DNA of 13,324 nucleotides from a virus (Duplodnaviria; Heunggongvirae; Uroviricota; Caudoviricetes): IMG/VR virus record IMGVR_UViG_2695420744_000004, positions 1 to 13,324 of that record; one strand, 5' to 3'. Shown piece by piece: positions 6,514 to 13,324 of this stretch (position 1 is its first letter; each line of letters starts with the position of its first letter). The notes under the pieces were generated by a model. It saw only the letters and a program-made list of their open reading frames with translations, ran no database searches and was not told where the DNA came from. The position numbers and the translations under genes were made by a program.

Positions 6514-6847
6514 GTTAAGCAATATCGTTTTATTTCCTGTAAAAGAGGATGACCCGCGTAATCAGGTTAATTTTCTTTATGAGCCATCGGAAAGACCATA
6601 CTGCCATCACGCCTCTGTCCGGGTTGATGAAAAAGAGCGTCAGGTCCGCTGTAAAATCTGCGGCGCAGTTGTGGAGCCATTTGACTGGATGCTCTCTGTG
6701 GCGAAAAGAGAAACCAGACTGGCAGATGATGTAAGGCTATTGCGTCAGGAGGAACGGGAAAGACGGAAAAATATAGAAAAGCTAATTCAGATTGAGCGTA
6801 ACGCGAAAGCGCGGATACGCAGGGCGACAAAATCCAGAACTGAATAG
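6491..6847 (+). CDS. hypothetical Zn-ribbon-like protein (CHH…CKICG) with a basic coiled C-terminus
   Basis: GGAGAGGAG Shine-Dalgarno before ATG 6491; overlaps the upstream gene by 23 nt. Confidence 0.5.
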   Translation: MEIKPEDELSNIVLFPVKEDDPRNQVNFLYEPSERPYCHHASVRVDEKERQVRCKICGAVVEPFDWMLSVAKRETRLADDVRLLRQEERERRKNIEKLIQIERNAKARIRRATKSRTE

Positions 6848-6942
6848 TTAAATTTAGAACTGTTAAAAATTTAATCCTTAGCCGGAGGGATTTCTGCACC
6901 CTCAGAACATCAGGAGGCCGCCAGAAAGAGCGGTAATGAAAA

Positions 6943-7368
6943 ATGACTGAATTAACAAAAGAGCAATTAATCGAAGAAGCCAAATTAAAAATAGCGATTG
7001 CGAAATGCCATCCCAATTCAGGCGTGGCACGAGTAGAGGGTGAGTTATTCAAAATTGCACTGACATCGCTGGAAGCAGAACCGGTGGCATGGACTGACGA
7101 CGAGGAACTGCGAGATATTGAAAAATATGGGTTCGGTGAGATATTTCAGCGTCCGTCAGATAAATATGAGGCTTCGCGTTGTGTTACTCCATTGTATCGC
7201 ATGCCGCCAGTGCCTGTAGTACCTGAAGGACTGGTTAAAGCTGTGCACTTCTATGAACAAGTAAAACGTGAGAATCCGCCAGTTGAGACTGGAGCGTGGA
7301 AAGACGCTGTTGACTGGGTACTCAAAGAGGTTTGTCAGGTTGTAAACATTCGCATCAAAGGAGAATGA
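6943..7368 (+). CDS. hypothetical nin-region protein; N-terminus paralogous to the 7882 gene, C-terminus IRIKGE
   Basis: Shares the N-terminal MTELTKEQLI… and IALTSLEAEP motifs with the 7882 product. Its weak ribosome-binding site follows the only sizable intergenic gap of the block (6848-6942). Confidence 0.55.
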   Translation: MTELTKEQLIEEAKLKIAIAKCHPNSGVARVEGELFKIALTSLEAEPVAWTDDEELRDIEKYGFGEIFQRPSDKYEASRCVTPLYRMPPVPVVPEGLVKAVHFYEQVKRENPPVETGAWKDAVDWVLKEVCQVVNIRIKGE

Positions 7369-7369
7369 G

Positions 7370-7885
7370 ATGGCGTTAACACACCGCGAACTCTGTCAGA
7401 TTGCGTACAGGTTCCTTAAGCGCAACGGGTTCAAGGTTTGCTTTCATGACCGCTTTGTTGCTGTAACCAGTACTGGAGAACAACCAGATGCTATGGGATT
7501 CAGAAATTCAGCATCATGCCTGATAGAGGCGAAGTGTTCTCGTGCTGACTTGTTGGCAGATAGAAAAAAGCGTTTCCGTAAAAATCCCTCTCTTGGCATG
7601 GGCGACTGGAGATTCTTTATTAGTGAGCCGGGAATTATTTCAATTGAGGATTTACCACCTGGCTGGGGATTACTTCACGTTGTTAACGGAAGAGTACGGA
7701 AAGTACATGGGTGGCCCAAGGGTAATTGCTGTTGGGGTGATCCTGACGATAAGCCATTTACTGGAAATAAGCAGGTTGAATGCGATTACATGTTGTCTGC
7801 ATTAAGGCGCATGGAGTTGAGGGGACACCTTAATGAAATATATGACGGTGTAATCGTTAATAAGCAAGAAGGAAGCGCGGCATGA
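7370..7885 (+). CDS. PD-(D/E)xK nuclease-fold protein (predicted)
   Basis: Motif …[20 protein letters not shown]… (P-D, then 13 residues, then E-x-K). AGGAGA Shine-Dalgarno within the shared 18-nt junction; ATGA-coupled to the downstream gene. Confidence 0.5.
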   Translation: MALTHRELCQIAYRFLKRNGFKVCFHDRFVAVTSTGEQPDAMGFRNSASCLIEAKCSRADLLADRKKRFRKNPSLGMGDWRFFISEPGIISIEDLPPGWGLLHVVNGRVRKVHGWPKGNCCWGDPDDKPFTGNKQVECDYMLSALRRMELRGHLNEIYDGVIVNKQEGSAA

Positions 7886-8226
7886 CCACTTTTACCAGAG
7901 AGCAGTTAATAGCTCACGCAGAGGAGACTATTGAAGCACAGAGACTGTGCATACCGGGCACAATCGACCATGACATCATCCGCACATATAAGATGGATAT
8001 TGCTGTTCTGGAAATCGCACTGGCATCGCTGGCAGCAGAGCCAGCCGGTAAATTGCATGAATACAAACCAGTGGGACATCAGCGTCTGGTCGACGAGTTA
8101 ACCATGCTGGTAAAGCAGTTAACCTGGCAACTGAGGAAAACGAAGCCGGACTGTAAATTGCCGGGTAAGGCGATGGACTACCTGAAGCGAAACGGACTGA
8201 TAAGCGCAGAGGATGTTTTACGATGA
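7882..8226 (+). CDS. hypothetical nin-region protein (N-terminal module paralogous to the 6943 gene)
   Basis: GAAGGAAG Shine-Dalgarno; N-terminus [14 protein letters not shown]… and [10 protein letters not shown] parallel the 6943 product. Confidence 0.55.
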   Translation: MTTFTREQLIAHAEETIEAQRLCIPGTIDHDIIRTYKMDIAVLEIALASLAAEPAGKLHEYKPVGHQRLVDELTMLVKQLTWQLRKTKPDCKLPGKAMDYLKRNGLISAEDVLR

Positions 8227-8306
8227 CCTGGCCTGAGGCATTCACAACGGTAGGGATCGCAATGGCGGTGGCGCTGGTGGTGTATTCGATTTGTCGCTGG
8301 GGATAA
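8223..8306 (+). CDS. possible 27-aa hydrophobic peptide ([27 protein letters not shown])
   Basis: ATG overlaps the upstream stop (ATGA); single predicted transmembrane helix. Very short, so this is speculative. Confidence 0.2.
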   Translation: MTWPEAFTTVGIAMAVALVVYSICRWG

Positions 8307-8517
8307 AAACGATTTGCGGGGAAAGGATAGTTAAGTAGAATTGCTGCGGGTGCTTGAGGCTATCTGTCTCAGGCATGAATACCAAAAGGCAGATAGAGAA
8401 AAGCCCCAGTTAACATTACGCGTCCTGCAAGACGCTTAACATTAATCTGAGGCTCAATCTATGAACGGCAAATCTAGGTTAGCCTCTTACGTGCCGAAAG
8501 GCAAGGAGAAGCAGGCT

Positions 8518-8673
8518 ATGAAGCAGCAAAAGGCGATGTTAATCGCCCTGATCGTCATCTGTTTAACCGTCATAGTGACGGCACTGGTAACGAGGAAAGA
8601 CCTCTGCGAGGTACGAATCCGAACCGGCCAGACGGAGGTCGCTGTCTTCACAGTTTACGAACCTGAGGAGTAA
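8518..8673 (+). CDS. hok: Hok/Gef-family type I toxin (51 aa), with in-frame upstream mok-like extension from 8461 (70 aa)
   Basis: MKQQKAMLIALIVICLTVIVTALVTRKDLCEVRIRTGQTEVAVFTVYEPEE is the Hok family signature and closest to HokD/RelF as I recall it. The 70-aa in-frame extension parallels mok. A long structured leader (8330-8460) lies upstream. Confidence 0.8.
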   Translation: MKQQKAMLIALIVICLTVIVTALVTRKDLCEVRIRTGQTEVAVFTVYEPEE

Positions 8674-8741
8674 GAGACCCGGCGAGGGAGAAATCCCTCG
8701 CCACCTCTGATGTGTCAGGCATCCTCAACGCACCCGCACGT

Positions 8742-8768
8742 AACCCGCTTCGGCGGGTTTTGTTTTTT
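8742..8768 (+). terminator. intrinsic terminator of the hok transcript (copy 1)
   Basis: AACCCGC-TTCG-GCGGGTT followed by TTTGTTTTTT. Confidence 0.7.
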
Positions 8769-8840
8769 CCTGGCATTCTGGTTTACAATTCGCACGCCAG
8801 CCTGAACAACTGGCACCTGCTGCGCCAGCAGAGACAACCG

Positions 8841-9119
8841 ATGGCGCACGATACCAAATTACACAATTCTGATGATTCTGCCGTCTTTGCCAGCAGGCAC
8901 GGGCGGCGTTCCCGCACTTTCAAATCTGACTGGTTCCAGCATCCCCCATGCACTGAAGAACAGGCCGAGTGGCTAATTCAGTGCTACCGCAGACACGGAT
9001 ACGAGATTAAGAAAGCCCTCAGCCTCGATTATCGTCACTGGATAATCTCCGTCAGGCTTCCTTACTCCGAACGCTCACCGCGTCCGTCCCGCACATTCCA
9101 GCAACGCATCTGGAGGTAA
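8841..9119 (+). CDS. small hypothetical protein (92 aa), Rem-like by synteny
   Basis: Start taken at ATG 8841 because the upstream part of the 135-aa ORF spans the terminator and is absent from copy 2. Stop TAA is followed 1 nt later by the GTG start of the DUF968 gene. Its position between hok and a ydfU-like gene mirrors hokD-rem-ydfU in Qin. Confidence 0.45.
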   Translation: MAHDTKLHNSDDSAVFASRHGRRSRTFKSDWFQHPPCTEEQAEWLIQCYRRHGYEIKKALSLDYRHWIISVRLPYSERSPRPSRTFQQRIWR

Positions 9120-9120
9120 C

Positions 9121-9834
9121 GTGCGAGTATTACTTCGACCTGTTCTGGTACCGGAACTCGGGCTGGTGATCGTTAAGCCGGGCCGTGAATCCATGCCGGT
9201 ATTCCACAATACCCGGGTACTGGTGGAGCCGGAACCGAAAAGCATGCGTAATCTGCCGTCCGGGGTCGTTCCTGCCGTTCGCCAGCCGCTGGTGGAAGAC
9301 AAAACATTGCTGCCGTTTTTCAGTAACGCACGGGTGATTCGTGCTGCTGGTGGTGCTGGTGCATTGTCTGACTGGCTGTTGCGCCATATTAAATCCTGCC
9401 AGTGGCCACACGGCGATTATCATCACAGCGAAACCGTCATTCACCGTTATGGTACCGGCGCAATGGTGTTGTGCTGGCACTGCGACAACCAGTTGCGTGA
9501 CCAGACCTCCGAATCACTTGAGCAACTTGCTCACCAAAACTTGTCAGCATGGATGATTGACGTCATTCGTCACGCAATGAATGGCACACAGGAGCGGGAA
9601 TTATCGCTGGCTGAATTATCCTGGTGGGCGGTCCGCAATCAGGTGGCGGACGCGCTACCGGAAGCGGTATTACGTCGTTCGCTGGGGTTGCGTGCGGAAA
9701 AAATCCGCTCAATGTACCGTGAAAGCGACATCGTACCGGGAGAGCAGACCGCCACCAGCATACTGAAACAGCGCACAAAAAATCTTGCGCCGCTGCCTCA
9801 CGCCCACCAGCAAAATGGTGTACTGGGATTATAA
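9121..9834 (+). pseudogene. DUF968 (YdfU-like) gene, 3'-truncated copy
   Basis: Nearly identical to the first 232 codons of the intact 351-aa copy at 10850..11905, then diverges at 9816 and stops after 6 unrelated codons. It lacks the C-terminal Cys/His-rich part. Confidence 0.6.
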
Positions 9835-10015
9835 CTGGCGCAAGCAGGGCGGCTCGTCCCGTATGATTGAAATCAGCAAGCGCGAAAAATTCTATCAGCA
9901 GGAATATTGTGGCTGTGTGTATTCTCTGCGCGATACCAATCTACACCGCAAATCTCAGGGACGCCCTCTTATCAAAATTGGCCAACTCCACTACGGAAAA
10001 GAAGAGAAGGAGTGA
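9816..10015 (+). pseudogene. 3' remnant of an unidentified gene at the junction between the two repeat copies
   Basis: The open frame reads …[64 protein letters not shown] with no plausible start or ribosome-binding site, and its 5' part would lie in the truncated DUF968 sequence. Identity not established. Confidence 0.3.
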
Positions 10016-10252
10016 TTTTATGGATCACCTTTCTGATTGATTTCATATTGGCGAGGTGACGTGAGTTAAGTAGAATGGCTGCGGGTGCTTGAGGCTATCT
10101 GTCTCAGGCATGAACACTGAAAGGCAGATAGAGAAAAGCCCCAGTTAACATTTCGCGTCCTGCAAGACGCTTAACATTAATCTGAGGCCCAATCTATGTC
10201 TCACAAATGTAGGTTAGCCTCTTACGTGCCGAAAGGCAAGGGGAAGCAGGCT

Positions 10253-10408
10253 ATGAAGCAGCAAAAGGCGATGTTAATCGCCCTGATCGTCATCTGTTTA
10301 ACCGTCATAGTGACGGCACTGGTAACGAGGAAAGACCTCTGCGAGGTACGACTCCGAACCGGCCAGACGGAGGTCGCTGTCTTCACAGCTTACGAACCTG
10401 AGGAGTAA
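10253..10408 (+). CDS. hok: Hok/Gef-family type I toxin, copy 2 (mok-like extension from 10196)
   Basis: MKQQKAMLIALIVICLTVIVTALVTRKDLCEVRLRTGQTEVAVFTAYEPEE; two amino-acid differences from copy 1. Confidence 0.8.
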   Translation: MKQQKAMLIALIVICLTVIVTALVTRKDLCEVRLRTGQTEVAVFTAYEPEE

Positions 10409-10476
10409 GAGACCTGGCGGGGGAGAAATCCCTCGCCACCTCTGATGTGTCAGGCATCCTCAACGCACCCGCACTT

Positions 10477-10504
10477 AACCCGCTTCGGCGGGTTTTGTTT
10501 TTTT
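10477..10504 (+). terminator. intrinsic terminator of the hok transcript (copy 2)
   Basis: AACCCGC-TTCG-GCGGGTT followed by a T-run. Confidence 0.7.
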
Positions 10505-10575
10505 CTGGCATTCTGGTTTACAATTCGCACGTCAGCCTGAACACCTGACACCTGCTGCGCCAGCAGAGAAAACAG

Positions 10576-10848
10576 ATGGCGCACAAAACCAAATTTCACA
10601 ATTCTGATACCGACCTTGCCATCCGGCATGGGCGGCGTTCACACGCATTTAAAACCGACTGGTACCAACACCCACCATGTACTGAAGAACAGGCCGAATG
10701 GCTAATTCATAACTACCGCAGACGCGGATACGAGATTAAGAAAGCCCTCAGCCTCGATTATCGTCACTGGATAATCTCCGTCAGGCTTCCTTACTCTGAA
10801 CGCCCACCGCGTCCGTCCCGCACATTCCAGCAACGCATCTGGAGGTAA
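10576..10848 (+). CDS. small hypothetical protein (90 aa), Rem-like by synteny, copy 2
   Basis: About 85% amino-acid identity to the 8841..9119 product by eye; coupled to the downstream DUF968 gene. Confidence 0.5.
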   Translation: MAHKTKFHNSDTDLAIRHGRRSHAFKTDWYQHPPCTEEQAEWLIHNYRRRGYEIKKALSLDYRHWIISVRLPYSERPPRPSRTFQQRIWR

Positions 10849-10849
10849 C

Positions 10850-11905
10850 GTGCGGGTATTACTTCGACCTGTTCTGGTACCGGAACTCGGGCTGGTGATC
10901 GTTAAGCCGGGCCGTGAATCCATGCCGGTATTCCACAATACCCGGGTACTGGTGGAGCCGGAACCGAAAAGCATGCGTAATCTGCCGTCCGGGGTCGTTC
11001 CTGCCGTTCGCCAGCCGCTGGCGGAGGATAAATCATTACTGCCATTTTTCAGCGACGAACGAGTGATTCGTGCTGCTGGTGGCGCTGGCGCATTGTCTGA
11101 CTGGTTACTGCGCCATGTTAAATCCTGCCAGTGGCCACACGGCGATTATCACCACAGTGAAACCGTCATTCACCGTTATGGTACCGGCGCAATGGTGTTG
11201 TGCTGGCACTGCGACAACCAGCTGCGCGACCAGACCTCCGAATCACTCGGGCAACTTGCTCACCAAAACCTGTCTGCATGGATGATTGACGTCATACGCC
11301 ATGCAATGAATGGCTCGCAGGAGCGGGAATTATCGCTGGCTGAATTATCCTGGTGGGCGGTCCGCAATCAGGTGGCGGACGCGCTACCGGAAGCGGTATT
11401 ACGTCGTTCGCTGGGGTTGCGTGCGGAAAAAATCCGCTCAATGTACCGTGAAAGCGACATCGTACCGGGAGAGCAGACCGCCACCAGCATACTGAAGCAG
11501 CGCACAAAAAATCTTGCGCCGCTGCCTCACGCCCACCAGCAAAACCCGCCACAGGAAAAGACGGTGGTCAGCATTGCCGTTGATCCGGAGTCACCGGCTC
11601 AGTATCTCCAGCGCCAGAAATCACAACGGGAAGAGATGCCTGTATACACGCGTTGGGTAAAAACGCAGAAATGCATGACGTGTGGCAATCAGGCAGATGA
11701 TCCGCATCACATCATTGGTCATGGACTGGGAGGGATGGGAACAAAGGCTGATGATTTGTTTGTTATTCCGCTGTGCCGTAAATGCCATAGCGAACTACAC
11801 GCCGGGGTAAAAGATTTTGAAGAAAAACACGGCAGCCAGCTGTTGTTGCTGATTCGTTTTTTAATGCACGCGAGAAATTCGGGTGTTCTGAAGTGGAAAG
11901 CATAA
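10850..11905 (+). CDS. DUF968-family protein (YdfU-like), intact copy
   Basis: 351 aa, GTG start after GGAGG. The C-terminus has a Cys/His-rich motif (CMTCGN…HHIIGHG…CRKCHSELH) suggestive of an HNH-like or zinc-binding fold. YdfU of Qin is of similar length (recalled). Confidence 0.65.
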   Translation: MRVLLRPVLVPELGLVIVKPGRESMPVFHNTRVLVEPEPKSMRNLPSGVVPAVRQPLAEDKSLLPFFSDERVIRAAGGAGALSDWLLRHVKSCQWPHGDYHHSETVIHRYGTGAMVLCWHCDNQLRDQTSESLGQLAHQNLSAWMIDVIRHAMNGSQERELSLAELSWWAVRNQVADALPEAVLRRSLGLRAEKIRSMYRESDIVPGEQTATSILKQRTKNLAPLPHAHQQNPPQEKTVVSIAVDPESPAQYLQRQKSQREEMPVYTRWVKTQKCMTCGNQADDPHHIIGHGLGGMGTKADDLFVIPLCRKCHSELHAGVKDFEEKHGSQLLLLIRFLMHARNSGVLKWKA

Positions 11906-12271
11906 ATGACTGAACGCATAGAATTTGTTTTGCCTTACCCGCCAACGGTGAACACTTACTGGCGACGTCGTGGCAGCACATATTTTGTATCAAAAGTCGG
12001 TGAGCGTTATCGCCGTGATGTGGCGCTTATTGTTCGCCAGCAGCAACTGAAATTAAACCTGTCCGGAAGGCCGGCAATAGAAATTATTGCAGAGCCACCG
12101 GATAAGCGCCGTCGTGACCTGGACAATATCCTGAAGGCACCACTGGATGTACTGACGCATGCGGGGCTGCTCATAGACGACGAGCAGTTTGATGAAATTA
12201 ATATTGTGCGCGGTCAGCTTGTTCCTGGTGGGCGGTTGGGGATAAAAATCACAGAACTGGAGTACGCATGA
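11906..12271 (+). CDS. rusA: crossover junction endodeoxyribonuclease RusA (Holliday junction resolvase)
   Basis: 121 aa with the RusA signature …PDKRRRDLDNILKAPLDVLTHAGLLIDDEQ… and the same overall layout as recalled E. coli RusA (120 aa). Confidence 0.85.
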   Translation: MTERIEFVLPYPPTVNTYWRRRGSTYFVSKVGERYRRDVALIVRQQQLKLNLSGRPAIEIIAEPPDKRRRDLDNILKAPLDVLTHAGLLIDDEQFDEINIVRGQLVPGGRLGIKITELEYA

Positions 12272-12957
12272 ATAACCAGTATTTACAGTTTGTTCGTGAG
12301 CAACTCATGATTGCCACCGCCGATTTGAGTGGATCAACAAAAGGGCAGCTTGAGGCCTGGCAGGAGAATGCCATGTTTGATACAGGGCGTTACAGGCGTA
12401 AAAAAATCCGGTACCGCGATGAAGTGACTGGAAAAATGATAACGCGGGATAATCCACCAATCCCGGGAAAGCAATCGCTGGCGAAGGGGGTGTCAATTCC
12501 TCTCGTCAGTCCGGTTGAGTTTTCGACATCATCGTGGCGGCGGGCTGTTCTGTCTCTTGAAGAACATCATAAAGCCTGGTTGTTGTGGTGTTACAGCGGG
12601 AGTATTTGTTGGGAATATCAGATCGCGATAACGCAGTGGGTGTGGAATGAATTTAAAACCCGGTACGGCACCAGAAAAATTGCAGGGAAAACGCAGGAGC
12701 GCGTGAAGAAGTTGATCTGGCTGGCGGCACAGGATGTCAGAGGATGGATTACCGGGTGTGAGGTCTACCAGAGACAGGAGCTTGCCAGACTGTGTGGAGT
12801 TAAGCCTGATAACTGGAGCCATAATTATGCGAACTACTGGCGTGAGATGTGCGATATTTTTAAGAGTCTCGATAGAGAATCTGTGATTTGCACCGTGAAA
12901 ATAAGAGCGCAACAAAAAGCGACTTTTTCACGACGAGATATTGCAAAAGTCAATTAA
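12268..12957 (+). CDS. candidate late-gene antiterminator (Q-like), by position
   Basis: ATGA-coupled to rusA with a GGAG Shine-Dalgarno. It is followed by a promoter-like element and a strong terminator, as expected for a Q / PR' / tR' module. I do not recognise the sequence family directly. Confidence 0.4.
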   Translation: MNNQYLQFVREQLMIATADLSGSTKGQLEAWQENAMFDTGRYRRKKIRYRDEVTGKMITRDNPPIPGKQSLAKGVSIPLVSPVEFSTSSWRRAVLSLEEHHKAWLLWCYSGSICWEYQIAITQWVWNEFKTRYGTRKIAGKTQERVKKLIWLAAQDVRGWITGCEVYQRQELARLCGVKPDNWSHNYANYWREMCDIFKSLDRESVICTVKIRAQQKATFSRRDIAKVN

Positions 12958-13017
12958 ATAGCGTACGTTTCGTATAAATCTGATATTTTGCCGATTTTGT
13001 ACGCGATGGCAAAGTAA

Positions 13018-13049
13018 GAAAAAAAACTGCCGTCAGGCGGTTTTTTTTT
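13018..13049 (+). terminator. strong intrinsic terminator (possibly bidirectional), candidate tR'
   Basis: A-run (13018-13026), CTGCC-GTCA-GGCGG hairpin, then a 9-T run (13041-13049). Confidence 0.7.
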
Positions 13050-13171
13050 ATGCCCAAAATCGCGTCAGTACAGTAAACACGCTGGTGGTTGCGAATACGG
13101 GTCTTTCAGCTTGCTGGCTTTTTCGACAAGAGTTATTGGTATGTCACGTTAACCGGAAAAAGGAAAAAGAC

Positions 13172-13324
13172 ATGCTAAAACAGCAGGATATGACAGAAAC
13201 CGCCAGAGTGGTGTTTAATGAATTAAGCGTTACCGAACCGGCGACAGTCGGGGAGATAGCGCAGAATACTTACCTTTCACGCGAACGCTGCCAGTTAATA
13301 CTGACCCAGCTGGTTATGGCGGGG
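13172..13324 (+). CDS. partial ORF (5' end only; runs off the window), possible winged-helix protein
   Basis: ATG 13172 preceded by AAGGAAAAAG; 51 codons open to the window end (MLKQQDMTETARVVFNELSVTEPATVGEIAQNTYLSRERCQLILTQLVMAG). Confidence 0.35.
   Translation, partial: MLKQQDMTETARVVFNELSVTEPATVGEIAQNTYLSRERCQLILTQLVMAG

Larger units (their letters stand above)
8329..9815 (+). repeat. tandem repeat copy 1 (mok/hok - small protein - DUF968 5' part), diverged from copy 2
   Basis: Colinear with 10064..11544; homology starts at GTTAAGTAGAA and ends at CCAGCAAAA. There are several indels and many substitutions, so this is not a recent duplication or an assembly collapse. Confidence 0.85.
10064..11544 (+). 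repeat. tandem repeat copy 2
   Basis: See copy 1; the offset is about 1735 bp. Confidence 0.85.

Noticed and set aside
8712-8840. N-terminal extension of the 135-aa ORF upstream of ATG 8841
   Set aside because: It spans the hok terminator hairpin and is absent from copy 2, where the ORF starts at the equivalent of 8841.
9075-9778. Five ORFs overlapping the DUF968 gene on both strands, recurring at 10702..11552
   Set aside because: They recur only because the region is duplicated, so recurrence is not independent evidence; all lie within the DUF968 reading frame region.
13141-13148. Single ATGTCACG motif identical to the iteron core
   Set aside because: It is an isolated copy with no periodic array or AT-rich tract, so probably chance.

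Overview
This window reads as the early/middle region of a lambdoid (Rac/Qin-like) enterobacterial prophage, most likely from Escherichia coli. No searches were run: all family calls come from reading the sequence and recalling family signatures. Left to right: the 3' end of a DicF-like sRNA (minus strand, at the window edge); a small membrane protein in the sieB position; two small leftward early genes behind a PL-like promoter; a three-gene repressor/antitoxin/ParE-toxin operon (paaR-paaA-parE type) occupying the cI position; a divergent YdaS (Cro-like) / YdaT (CII-like) pair; an O-like initiator with in-gene iterons and a DnaT-like C-terminal domain; a lambda-P-like helicase loader; a tightly packed nin-like block of nine small genes (including a DUF4406-like protein, a Zn-ribbon protein and a PD-(D/E)xK nuclease-fold protein); two diverged tandem copies of a mok/hok - small protein - DUF968 module, the first truncated; rusA; a Q-like candidate; a strong terminator; and a partial ORF. 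I did not find one clearly novel system; the best candidates for follow-up are the uncharacterised nin-block genes, the repressor-linked toxin module and the duplicated hok module.
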